A stretch of DNA of 64,000 nucleotides from Longimicrobiales bacterium. GTDB taxonomy: Bacteria > Gemmatimonadota > Gemmatimonadetes > Longimicrobiales > RSA9. The stretch is taken from assembly GCA_035461765.1 (NCBI GenBank), contig DATHUY010000004.1:18368-82367 (forward strand). The letters run 5' to 3'. This document shows, in pieces, positions 34,933-43,753 of the stretch. The translations under genes were made by a program, and so were the position numbers. The first letter of the stretch is position 1, and each line of letters opens with the position of its first letter. The notes under the pieces were generated by a model. It was not told the DNA's origin. It ran no database searches and saw only the letters and a program-made list of their open reading frames with translations.

Positions 34933-37020
34933 ATGGGCTCAACTCCCGTCCGGGTGCTGCTGGTCGACGCTGACACCCACGGCATTTCGCGCTTCAGCGG
35001 GATGCTGCAGGCGCAGCGTGTGCCCAGGTTCCAGGTCGAGACAGCCCGCACGATCGGCGCCGCCGAGCGCCTCCTCAGCGACCATACGCCCGATATCATC
35101 CTGCTCAACCTGTTCGGCTGGAAGCCGGGCGGGCTCGCCGCGCTGGCGCTGGTCCAGGCAGTGGCACCTGCGACGCCGGTGATCGTGACCGCGCCATCGG
35201 AGCAGGAGCACATTGCACTCAAGGCGGTGAAGGGCGGGGCGCACGACTATGTGCTGACGGACCAGGTCTATGACACGCTGCTCGTGCGCTCGATCCGGCA
35301 TGCGCTGGAGCGCTATCAGGCAGAGGAGCGGCGGCGCGCTGCGGTGGATGCGCTGCGCGTGAGCGAGCGACGCTATCGTGCGTTGTTCGAGCAGTCGCGC
35401 GACGCGCTGTATATCACGGACAGCAGCGGGAAGATCGTGGAGGGCAACGCGGCGCTCGTAGAGCTGTTCGGCTACGGCATCGATGAGCTGTACGGTCGCC
35501 AGCTGGAGTTCCTGTTCGCCGATCCATTCGACTGGGAGCTGGTGCAGACGGAGCTGCAGGTGCGCGGCTATGCGCGCGAGGTGGAAGTCAGGCTGCGCCG
35601 CAGCGATGGTGTTCAGCTCTGGTGTCTGCTGTCCGTTGCTCGCCGTGTCGATGACGATGTCGAGGTGCGCGGATTTCAGGGGATTATCCACGACATCACC
35701 GATCGCAAGCGCGCGGAGGAGCGGTTGCGCTACAACGCGCTGCACGATCCGCTGACCGGCCTGCCGAACCGGGTGCTGTTTGTCGATCGTCTGGGGACGG
35801 CCCTGGCGCGCTGGCGGCGCGAGCCACAGCATCGATGTGCGGTCCTGTTCATGGACCTGGACCGCTTCAAGGTCGTGAACGACAGCCTGGGCCACGCCGT
35901 GGGCGATGCGCTCCTCATGCGCGTTGCGGGTGCTCTCGCCTCCTCCGTGCGTGCACACGAGACCGTCGCGCGTCTGGGCGGCGACGAGTTCGCGATCCTG
36001 CTCGAGGTGGAGACGGACGACGACGCCGTGCACGCCGCGCAACGCGTGCAGCAGCGGCTCGCCGACTCGTTTCAGTTGCAGGGCCAGACGATGTTCACGT
36101 CCGCCAGCATCGGCATCGCCTTCCCGGACGATCCGGAACAGCAGCCGGACGACCTCCTTCGCAATGCGGACATGGCGATGTACTCGGCGAAGAAGACGGG
36201 GCCCGCACGCATGGAGGTCTTCGCGCCGAGCATGCACGTCAGCGCGATCAACCTGCTCGAGCTGGAGACGGATCTGCGCACGGCCGTCGCGCGCGATGAG
36301 CTCACGCTGTTCTATCAGCCGATCGTGTCGCTGCCCGACCAGTCGATCATTGGACTCGAGGCGCTCATCCGCTGGCGCCACCCGCGCCGCGGGCTGCTCC
36401 TGCCCCATGAGTTCATTCCGATCGCCGAAGAGACCGGCATGATCGTCAGCATCGGCTGGTGGGTCCTGCGCGAGGCCTGTCGCCAGGGTCGCGCACTCCT
36501 CGAGTCGAGCGCGCCGGGCACCTGTCCCTACATTGCGGTCAACCTGTCCAGCCGCCAGATCGCACTGCCGGATCTCGCCGAGGAGGTGCTGGATATTCTC
36601 GACGAAACGGGAATGCCGGGCTCGCTGCTGTCGCTCGAGATCACCGAGAGCTCCCTCGTGCCGAACGCCGACGCCGCCGCGCGCGGGCTGGCGCAGCTCC
36701 GTGCCGCCGGTGTGCGCATCTGCATTGACGACTTCGGCACCGGCTATTCGTCCCTCGCCTATCTCCACTCACTGCCGATCGACGGCCTCAAGATCGACCG
36801 CTCCTTCATCAGCCTGCTCGGCTCCAGCACCGACCGCTCCGAGCTGGTCCAGACCATCATCACGCTCGCCGCACGACTGGGCATCTCCACGGTCGCCGAG
36901 GGCGTCGAGACGACGGCCCAGCTGCAGCACCTCGAGCATCTCGGCCCCGCGTCATTCCAGGGCTTCCTCTTCTCCCGGCCCGTCGAGGCCGCCGCGGTCG
37001 GCCCGCTGCTCGCCCGCTAG
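34933..37020 (+). CDS. REC(degenerate)-PAS-GGDEF-EAL c-di-GMP turnover protein
   Basis: The receiver-like N-terminus is VRVLLVDAD...DIILLNLFGW (Asn at the phospho-Asp position). PAS: YRALFEQSRDALYITD. GGDEF: RLGGDEFAILLE. EAL domain: GLEALIRW, IDDFGTGYSSL, KIDRSF. Confidence 0.9.
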   Translation: MGSTPVRVLLVDADTHGISRFSGMLQAQRVPRFQVETARTIGAAERLLSDHTPDIILLNLFGWKPGGLAALALVQAVAPATPVIVTAPSEQEHIALKAVKGGAHDYVLTDQVYDTLLVRSIRHALERYQAEERRRAAVDALRVSERRYRALFEQSRDALYITDSSGKIVEGNAALVELFGYGIDELYGRQLEFLFADPFDWELVQTELQVRGYAREVEVRLRRSDGVQLWCLLSVARRVDDDVEVRGFQGIIHDITDRKRAEERLRYNALHDPLTGLPNRVLFVDRLGTALARWRREPQHRCAVLFMDLDRFKVVNDSLGHAVGDALLMRVAGALASSVRAHETVARLGGDEFAILLEVETDDDAVHAAQRVQQRLADSFQLQGQTMFTSASIGIAFPDDPEQQPDDLLRNADMAMYSAKKTGPARMEVFAPSMHVSAINLLELETDLRTAVARDELTLFYQPIVSLPDQSIIGLEALIRWRHPRRGLLLPHEFIPIAEETGMIVSIGWWVLREACRQGRALLESSAPGTCPYIAVNLSSRQIALPDLAEEVLDILDETGMPGSLLSLEITESSLVPNADAAARGLAQLRAAGVRICIDDFGTGYSSLAYLHSLPIDGLKIDRSFISLLGSSTDRSELVQTIITLAARLGISTVAEGVETTAQLQHLEHLGPASFQGFLFSRPVEAAAVGPLLAR

Positions 37021-37080
37021 TCTCACGCCGCGTCGAGGCCGCCGCGGTCGGCCCGCGGCTCACCCGCCAGTCTCACGCTC
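36981..37080. repeat. 50-bp tandem duplication covering the last 40 nt plus stop of the GGDEF-EAL gene
   Basis: 36981-37030 and 37031-37080 are identical except for 3 substitutions. The TAG stop of copy 1 is CAG in copy 2. Confidence 0.85.
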
Positions 37081-37363
37081 GACCACCAGCGAGGTGTCGG
37101 CGTCTTGTTGCGGGGCAAGTTTAGAGGCTGTGCAGTTCCCCTCCGTTCAATGATTTCGTAGCGCGGCAAATCTGGCCCGGTCGCCAGAAGGGCGTTTCAG
37201 CCTTCTTTTTCCCGCGCTACGATTCGCGCCGCCGGATGCATCAGTCGACACGCTCCTTTCTTGCCGCGCAATGGCCAGCCGACTGCGGCAGTGGCCCACC
37301 GCGAGTTCGGGCGGCGGCCCGGCCATCACCCTCCGTCCATGCTCGAGGTCGACCCGCCGCGCC

Positions 37364-37918
37364 ATGGCTGTGCCCCGGATGCGGCTGCATCGTAATGCCG
37401 TGGCTAGAGACGATCTGACGGTTTTCGCGATGTTGATGCGCGCGCATGCGATTGCGCTGAAGACCGCGCGGGAAATGCTGATGGAGACGGGGTGTCCCCG
37501 CTGGAGGCCTGGTTGCTGGAGGTCATTCCCGATGACGGTCGCGCGTGCGCGTCGGAGTTGGCTCATGGGATCGGTGTGACGACGTCGACGGTGACGCGCG
37601 CCCCGGCGCATGGAGGGGTACGGGTACCTGACCCTGACGAAGGGCTTCTTCTTCGACGCGCGCGTGCTGCGCGCAACGCTCACGCCTCTTGGTGCGACGA
37701 TCAGAGCAGGAGTGTGCGGATTCGAGCGGGACCTAGACGGAGTACTGTTGAAGGGCATATCGCAGAACGCCTTCGCAGGGCTGCTGGCCGGTCTGTCCCA
37801 TATCGAGCGGTCGGGAAGGAAATACATGTCACCCGCGTCGCCAGCGGCGCCCGCGCAATTTACGCATGCGAATGAGGCTGGCGGGCGGGAGGACGCCGAG
37901 GCGCGGATCGAGTCGTAG
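37364..37918 (+). pseudogene. MarR-family winged-helix regulator interrupted by two compensating frameshifts
   Basis: The MarR-like sequence is split over three listed ORFs. Frame 2: DDLTVFAMLMRAHAIALKTAREMLMETG. Frame 1 from 37492: VSPLEAWLLEVIPDDGRACASELAHGIGVTTSTVTRA. Frame 2 from about 37604: PRRMEGYGYLTLTKGFFFDARVLRATLTPLG... The shifts fall in G4/C4 runs (about 37489-37492 and 37601-37604). The block is lower in GC than its surroundings. Sequencing error cannot be excluded. Confidence 0.45.
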
Positions 37919-37989
37919 CCTGTCCCGGGCGGATGCAGTATCCTGTCTACCCTGGTAGCCGCCCCGATCCACCGACCAGCGAGGTGTCG

Positions 37990-40900
37990 ATGCCCGCCCG
38001 TCCTGCCCATGCCGTCCGTCCCTCCGGTTCCGCCTACGCCGGTTCCGCCGCTTCCGCGGCTTCGGCCGGTTATGCCAGGGCGGTTGCGGCGGCGCTCAGT
38101 GTCTTCACCTGCGTGTTTGCGGGCGTGCTCATGGCGATCGCCGCGTCGGCGTCGCCGGCGTCCGCGCAGGGCACGCGGCTGCTGCGGCAGCCGTCGCTCG
38201 GCACGGACGCGATCGCGTTCGCGTACGCGGGCGACCTGTGGCTCACCGGCGTCGATGGTGGCGGTGCCCGCCGCCTTACGGCCACGCCGGCCGTCGAGAG
38301 CGACCCGCACTTTTCGCCCGACGGCCGCTGGCTCGCGTTCACGTCAACACGCGATGGTACCGCGTCGGTGTACGTCATGTCGGCCGCGGGCGGCGCGCCG
38401 ACGCGTCTGACATGGTACCCGGCGCCCTCGTGGGTGCGCGGGTGGACTCCCGATGGCACTCGCATCCTGTACGCATCCTCACGCGAGAGCGCCCCGACAT
38501 CGCACGAGCGCCTGTGGACCGTGTCGCGCGATGGCGGTCCGTCGACAATGGTGCCGGCGCCGTGGGGCGCACGGGGGTCTTACTCCGCCGATGGCCGACG
38601 CATGGTCGTGGACCGTGTAGACCGCTGGGACGTGGAGTGGCGCAATTACCGGGGTGGCCAGAACACGGCGCTCACGATCCTCGACCTGGAGGATCTGGGC
38701 GAGGTGCTGCTGCCGAACGAGAACCGGACGACCGACATCGCCCCCGTGTGGCTCGACGGGACGATCTACTTCCTGTCCGACCGCAACCGCGCGATGAACA
38801 TCTGGGCATACGACGTCGCGTCGCGTGCGCTCCGGCAGGTCACGAATTTCACGAACGCAGACGTGAAGACGCTGGCCGGACGCGGCAGCACGCTCGTCTT
38901 CGAGCAGGACGGCTACATCCACACACTCGATGTCACCGCGGGCGAGCCGCGCCGCATCGACATCGCCGTCAGGGGCGACTTCCCGTGGGCCATGCCGCAG
39001 TGGGTGGACGCCGGACGCTCGATCTCGACGGCCGCGCTGTCGCCCACGGGGAAGCGTGCGCTGATGGAGGCACGCGGTGAGATCTTCACGGTGCCGGTCG
39101 ACAAGGGTGACACACGCAATCTGACGCGCTCCGCCGGCGCTGCCGATCGCGCACCGGTCTGGTCACCCGATGGCGCCCGGGTCGCGTGGTTCTCCGACGA
39201 CGGCAGCGGCTACGTGCTGAAGATCGGGACGCAGGACGGGCTCGGCACGCCGCGCACCATTTCGATCGGTGAGTCGAAGTACGTGTGGAATACGGAGTGG
39301 TCGCCGGACGGCACGATGATCGCCTTCGTCGATGACCGTGCCCGCATCCGGATCGTGAACGTCGCAGCGGGCGATGTCGGCACGGCGGATGTCGATGGCA
39401 ACACGAACTCGCGCAGCGGCATGGGGCTCGTGTGGTCCGGGGACTCGAAGTGGCTGGCGTACTCGAAGAGCTTCCCGAACAACCTGCGGCGGATCGTCGT
39501 GTGGAACGCGGACACGCGCGAGGCGCGTGCGATCACGGACGCACTCGCGGATGCGCGCACGCCCGCATGGGACCGCGACGGCCGTCATCTCTACTTCCTC
39601 GCCAGCACCGACCTGGCACTGGCATCCGGCTGGGCGAACACGAGCAGCATGCAGGCGCAGCCGACTTACGCGCCGTACGTGATGGTGCTGCGCGCCGAGG
39701 ACCCGACGCCGTTCTCGCTCGAAAGCGATGAGGAGCCCGCAGGCGCGACACCGGAACGGCCCGACACGACGAGCACACCCGTTCGGATCGACTTCGACGG
39801 CATTGGCAGCCGCATTATCTCGCTGCCGATGCCGGTGCGCAGCTATTCGACCCTGCTCGCGGGCCCGCGCGGCAGCGTGTTCATCGGTGAGAGCGTGCCG
39901 AACACGCCGGGCGCGGTCCTGCACAAGTTCACGCTCGCGGACCGGGAGACGGAAGTCTTCGCGCGCGGCGTGTCTCGCCCGTCCGCGTCGCATGATGGCA
40001 GGAAGCTGCTCTATCAGAGCGGCGGCAACTGGCAGGTGGTGGATGCAACGCGCGCGAGCGCCGACGGCAACAACGGTCGCCTGACGGTCGCACTCTCCGC
40101 GCACATCGATCCGGCCGTCGAGTGGCAGCAGATCTTCGATGAGGCGTGGCGCTACCAGAAGGACTTCTTCTACGACCCGGACACGCACGGCGCGGACTGG
40201 GATGCCGTGCGGCGTCGCTATGAGCCGCTGGTCGCGCACGTGCGGCATCGCGATGATCTGAACTATGTCCTCGACATGGTCAACGGCGAGTTGTCCGTCG
40301 GACACAGCTTCGTGCGTGGCGGCGACATGCCGGAGACGGAGACGTCGCGCGTCGGTCTGCTCGGTGCCGACCTGGAGGCCAACGACGGACGTTGGCGCAT
40401 CACGCGCATCTACACGGCCGAAAGCTGGAACCCGGGCCTGACCGCACCGCTCGCAGCGCCGGGCCTCCAGGTCGACGAGGGCCAGTACATCCTCGCGATC
40501 GACGGAGTCGAGCTGACCGCGGCCGACGATCCGTATCGCCTGCTGGATGGCACGGCCGGCCGGCAGACGGTGCTGCACCTGAACAATCGTCCGGCGATGA
40601 GCGGCGCACGCACCGTCACGGTCGCGCCGGTCCGGAACGAGAGCACGCTGCGGCAGCGTGCGTGGGTGGAAGACAATCGCCGCCGCGTCGACGAGCTGTC
40701 CGGCGGCCGCCTGGCCTATGTGTGGGTGCCGAACACGGGTGGTGCGGGCGTCGTGTCATTCAACCGCTACTACTTCGCGCAGCAGGACAGGGAGGGAGCA
40801 GTCATTGACGAGCGGTACAATGGTGGCGGTCTCCTCGACGACTACATGGTCGATCTCATGATCCGGCAGCCGCGCGCGGCGATCACGAACGAGGCGCCCG

Positions 40901-41331
40901 GCGGCCGCCCGTTCCAGCTGCCCGCCGGCGTGCTCGGCCCGAAGGTGCTGCTCATCAACGAGCTCGCCGGGTCCGGCGGCGACTACTTCCCCTGGGTATT
41001 CCGCCATCAGCAGATCGGCCCGCTCATCGGCACGCGCACGTGGGGCGGACTCGTGCGTTCCTGCTCGCATTACCCGATGGTCGATGGCGGCAGCATCACG
41101 TCGCCGTGCAACGCGGTCTTCGAGCCGGGCGTCGGCTGGATCGCGGAGAACGAGGGTGTGCCGCCCGACATCGAGGTGCGCATGGATGCGCGCAGCGTCG
41201 CACAGGGGATGGATCCGCAGCTGGAACGCGGAGTACAGGAGGCGATGCGCATGCTCGAGGCGCAGGGCACCCGCACGATCACTGTGCCAGCATTCCCGCG
41301 GCCCGCAGGATGGCCGGGCGGCGATCGATGA
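37990..41331 (+). CDS. tricorn protease homolog (S41 family, beta-propellers + PDZ + C-terminal peptidase)
   Basis: Lies in ORF 37933..41331 with ATG at 37990. Signal is ..VLMAIAASASPASAQG. LLRQPSLGTDAIAFAYAGDLWL..HFSPDGRWLAFTS is the tricorn N-terminus. The S41 core has INELAGSGGDYF. Confidence 0.88.
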   Translation: MPARPAHAVRPSGSAYAGSAASAASAGYARAVAAALSVFTCVFAGVLMAIAASASPASAQGTRLLRQPSLGTDAIAFAYAGDLWLTGVDGGGARRLTATPAVESDPHFSPDGRWLAFTSTRDGTASVYVMSAAGGAPTRLTWYPAPSWVRGWTPDGTRILYASSRESAPTSHERLWTVSRDGGPSTMVPAPWGARGSYSADGRRMVVDRVDRWDVEWRNYRGGQNTALTILDLEDLGEVLLPNENRTTDIAPVWLDGTIYFLSDRNRAMNIWAYDVASRALRQVTNFTNADVKTLAGRGSTLVFEQDGYIHTLDVTAGEPRRIDIAVRGDFPWAMPQWVDAGRSISTAALSPTGKRALMEARGEIFTVPVDKGDTRNLTRSAGAADRAPVWSPDGARVAWFSDDGSGYVLKIGTQDGLGTPRTISIGESKYVWNTEWSPDGTMIAFVDDRARIRIVNVAAGDVGTADVDGNTNSRSGMGLVWSGDSKWLAYSKSFPNNLRRIVVWNADTREARAITDALADARTPAWDRDGRHLYFLASTDLALASGWANTSSMQAQPTYAPYVMVLRAEDPTPFSLESDEEPAGATPERPDTTSTPVRIDFDGIGSRIISLPMPVRSYSTLLAGPRGSVFIGESVPNTPGAVLHKFTLADRETEVFARGVSRPSASHDGRKLLYQSGGNWQVVDATRASADGNNGRLTVALSAHIDPAVEWQQIFDEAWRYQKDFFYDPDTHGADWDAVRRRYEPLVAHVRHRDDLNYVLDMVNGELSVGHSFVRGGDMPETETSRVGLLGADLEANDGRWRITRIYTAESWNPGLTAPLAAPGLQVDEGQYILAIDGVELTAADDPYRLLDGTAGRQTVLHLNNRPAMSGARTVTVAPVRNESTLRQRAWVEDNRRRVDELSGGRLAYVWVPNTGGAGVVSFNRYYFAQQDREGAVIDERYNGGGLLDDYMVDLMIRQPRAAITNEAPGGRPFQLPAGVLGPKVLLINELAGSGGDYFPWVFRHQQIGPLIGTRTWGGLVRSCSHYPMVDGGSITSPCNAVFEPGVGWIAENEGVPPDIEVRMDARSVAQGMDPQLERGVQEAMRMLEAQGTRTITVPAFPRPAGWPGGDR

Positions 41332-41348
41332 ACGGAGGAGTCTGACTG

Positions 41349-41789
41349 ATGCGACAGATCGCCGGCTGGGTGCTGATCGCGCTCGCGCTGTTCATGTTCA
41401 TCGGGTACATGCGCGCCGATGTCGATGGCGGCGCTGCGCTGTTCGCACTGATCGTCACGGTACTGCTCCCCGCCGCCGGTGGTGTCGCTCTCGTCACCGG
41501 GCGCGTGCGCGGCCGCGGCGCAGTCGGCGCACGCAGGGACGAGCTGCGACAGCAGACGCTCGAGGCGGAGCTGCTCCGTCTCGCCGGCGCGCGCGCAGGC
41601 CGCCTCACGATCGTCGAGGCTGTGACCGAGCTGGCCGTGCCGCCCGAAGAGGCGAAGAACGCTCTCGACGCGCTCGCCGTCCGCGGCCTCGCCGATTTCG
41701 AGGTGACGGACTCTGGCGTTGTTGTATATGTGTTTCACGACATCGAGAATCTCGGCGACAAATCGCAGGCGCGGGGTCTCCTGGAATGA
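41349..41789 (+). CDS. two-TM membrane protein with C-terminal winged-helix-like domain, unknown function
   Basis: GGAGG lies 10 nt upstream. MRQIAGWVLIALALFMFIGY and ALFALIVTVLLPAAGGVALV are predicted TM helices. The C-terminal domain is RLTIVEAVTELAVPPEEAKNALDALAVRGLADFEV. Confidence 0.6.
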   Translation: MRQIAGWVLIALALFMFIGYMRADVDGGAALFALIVTVLLPAAGGVALVTGRVRGRGAVGARRDELRQQTLEAELLRLAGARAGRLTIVEAVTELAVPPEEAKNALDALAVRGLADFEVTDSGVVVYVFHDIENLGDKSQARGLLE

Positions 41790-42451
41790 TACGGATGGAG
41801 ACGCGCTACCCGTGCCCCGTGTGCCTCGGCGTGAAGATGGAGAAGGTCACGCTCGAGAATCTGACGCTCGACCATTGCGCACGCTGCGGCGGCGTGTGGT
41901 TCGAGGCCGGCGAGGTGCAGCGGCTGCGGGGGATCGACGCGACGGCCCTCTGGCGCCAGATCGCCCAGCGCGAGGGCGTGCATGCGATGCAGTGTCATTC
42001 CTGTCGCACGCACGTGCCGCGCAACTTCACCGAGTGTCATGCGTGCGGCTGGACGATCGAGCTCGACTGTCCAACGTGCGACCGGGAGATGCGGATCGCC
42101 GAGCAGAATGGCATGCGCCTGGATTACTGCACGCACTGCAAGGGTGTCTGGTTCGATCACGATGAGCTGACATCGATCTGGAAGATGGAGGTAGACGCGC
42201 TCATGAAGCGCCGCGGCTCACGCACCGTGGCTGCGGCAGGCGATGTGATGCTGCTCGACGTACTGCTCTACGACCCGTTCGTGATGTACTACGGCATCCA
42301 CGCAGCAGGGCATGCTGCGGGTGCGGCGGCCGACGCGCTCGCGGCATCGGGCTCGGTGGAAGTGATTGGCGAGGTGGCGGGCGCGGCCGGCGAGGTCGCG
42401 TCATCGCTGTTCGAGACGATCGTGGAGATCATCGGCGGCATCTTCGGCTGA
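41786..42451 (+). CDS. double TFIIB-type zinc-ribbon protein with Gly/Ala-rich hydrophobic tail
   Basis: ATG 41786 overlaps the upstream stop (ATGA). Two zinc-ribbon units: CPVC..LDHCARCGGVWFEAGEV and CPTC..LDYCTHCKGVWFDHDEL, plus CHSC..CHAC between them. The tail is AAGHAAGAAADALAASGSVEVIGEVAGAAGEVASSLFETIVEIIGGIFG. Confidence 0.7.
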   Translation: MIRMETRYPCPVCLGVKMEKVTLENLTLDHCARCGGVWFEAGEVQRLRGIDATALWRQIAQREGVHAMQCHSCRTHVPRNFTECHACGWTIELDCPTCDREMRIAEQNGMRLDYCTHCKGVWFDHDELTSIWKMEVDALMKRRGSRTVAAAGDVMLLDVLLYDPFVMYYGIHAAGHAAGAAADALAASGSVEVIGEVAGAAGEVASSLFETIVEIIGGIFG

Positions 42452-42516
42452 GGACACCTGGGCATTCCGCGCAGCGTCAGCCGGGCGCGGTCGCATTCGC
42501 GCCGATATCCGCCTTC

Positions 42517-43548
42517 CTACCGCAGCAGGCTCAGCCCCAGACCGAACGTGTAGAACCCGAGCTGCGTGTCATCGCCGCTGTTCGTGAAGTTCGAGTGCCA
42601 GCGTGCTTCCGCCGAGATACCGATGCGGCCGGTGCCCGGCCGGAGCCGCACCCCGCCGCCCGCGGAATAGCCGCCCAGCGTCGCTTCGCCGAAATCGGTG
42701 ACACCCAGGCCGAGCAACGCAAACGGCTCCACGGAGCGGTGCGCCCCTGTGCCGACGCGCGCAAGACCGCCGATGTTCCAGTTGCGCGTCGGCGAGTCGA
42801 CCGTGCAGAGGTTGTCGGGGTCCCCGCAGAAGTACTCCAGGTCCGGCCGTGCGACGTTGTAGCTCGCCGCCTCCAGCCCCAGCGCGATGTGGCCGGACAG
42901 CTGACTGAGGTAGGATATGCCGACTCCGGCGCCGACGCCCTCGTCGCCGTCGGCAGCACGCGCGAGCACCGGTGTCACGCTGAACGCGCTCAGTCCCGGG
43001 CGCCGGCGCGGGTCGCGCGACACGATCGTCGCCGGCGCGGACGATTCCGTGAGTGGCTCCCACCGCGTTACGGAGGAGCCGAGCAGCGCGCCGAGCAGGT
43101 ACCCCGACGCTGCACCCGCCGCAGCGCCGATCGCACTCGCCACCAGGATCTCGCCCGCGCCCCAGTCCGGACAGTCGTACTCGCAGAGGCCGCTGGCTAC
43201 GGCCGCTCCCAGACCGAACACGACGGCGCCGGCGCCTGCACCGATGATCGCGCCGGCCTTCCCACCGCCACGGGTCGAGCGTCGCTGAAGCCACGCGTCG
43301 GTGATCGAGCTGAGCGTCAGCACACGAGGCGGATCCGTCAGGTGCACACGTCCCGCGTCGACCCGCTCCAGCACGCCGGTCACCTGTTCGTTCGCGGCGT
43401 TCAGGCGCAGCATGACACCGGCCGGCTGGCGCATGACGAGCCGTGCTGCGACGCTCAGCGTGTCCTGACCGCGTGCGGTGGTGTTACCAGACAGCAGACA
43501 GGTGCCTGCGAAAAGGGCCGCGATGACGATACGTGATCTGAAGGACAC
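42517..43548 (-). CDS. outer-membrane beta-barrel-like protein with glycine-zipper segment
   Basis: GTG start 43548 has GGAGG 4 nt upstream. Signal is MSFRSRIVIAALFAGTCLLSG. Glycine-zipper segments: GAIIGAGAGAVVFGLGAAV and AIGAAAGAASGYLLGALLG. The C-terminal half has alternating beta-strand pattern ending GFYTFGLGLSLLR. Confidence 0.6.
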   Translation of the reverse strand: MSFRSRIVIAALFAGTCLLSGNTTARGQDTLSVAARLVMRQPAGVMLRLNAANEQVTGVLERVDAGRVHLTDPPRVLTLSSITDAWLQRRSTRGGGKAGAIIGAGAGAVVFGLGAAVASGLCEYDCPDWGAGEILVASAIGAAAGAASGYLLGALLGSSVTRWEPLTESSAPATIVSRDPRRRPGLSAFSVTPVLARAADGDEGVGAGVGISYLSQLSGHIALGLEAASYNVARPDLEYFCGDPDNLCTVDSPTRNWNIGGLARVGTGAHRSVEPFALLGLGVTDFGEATLGGYSAGGGVRLRPGTGRIGISAEARWHSNFTNSGDDTQLGFYTFGLGLSLLR

Positions 43549-43753
43549 GATGCCTCCGGGTTAAGTCCCACACCCAATGTCACGCTGCGGCACTGCCGAC
43601 TCAAGGAGGCTGTGACCATTGGGACCCTGCGCCTCTGCACGGCCGGCGTGCGGGGACCTCCGTCCGATCCGGTTGACAGCTCCAGCGGTGGCCGCTCATA
43701 CTTGCCGGGCGCTTCCCTCGTACGCTCGCCATCCTCTGTCCGGCAGGTTGTTC

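Noticed and set aside
37147-38310. 387-aa minus-strand ORF spanning the MarR-like block and the 5' end of the tricorn gene.
   Set aside because: It has low-complexity Arg/Gly-rich sequence and no motifs. It overlaps the tricorn signal-peptide region and the plus-strand MarR-like reading frames, which do show family-like sequence.
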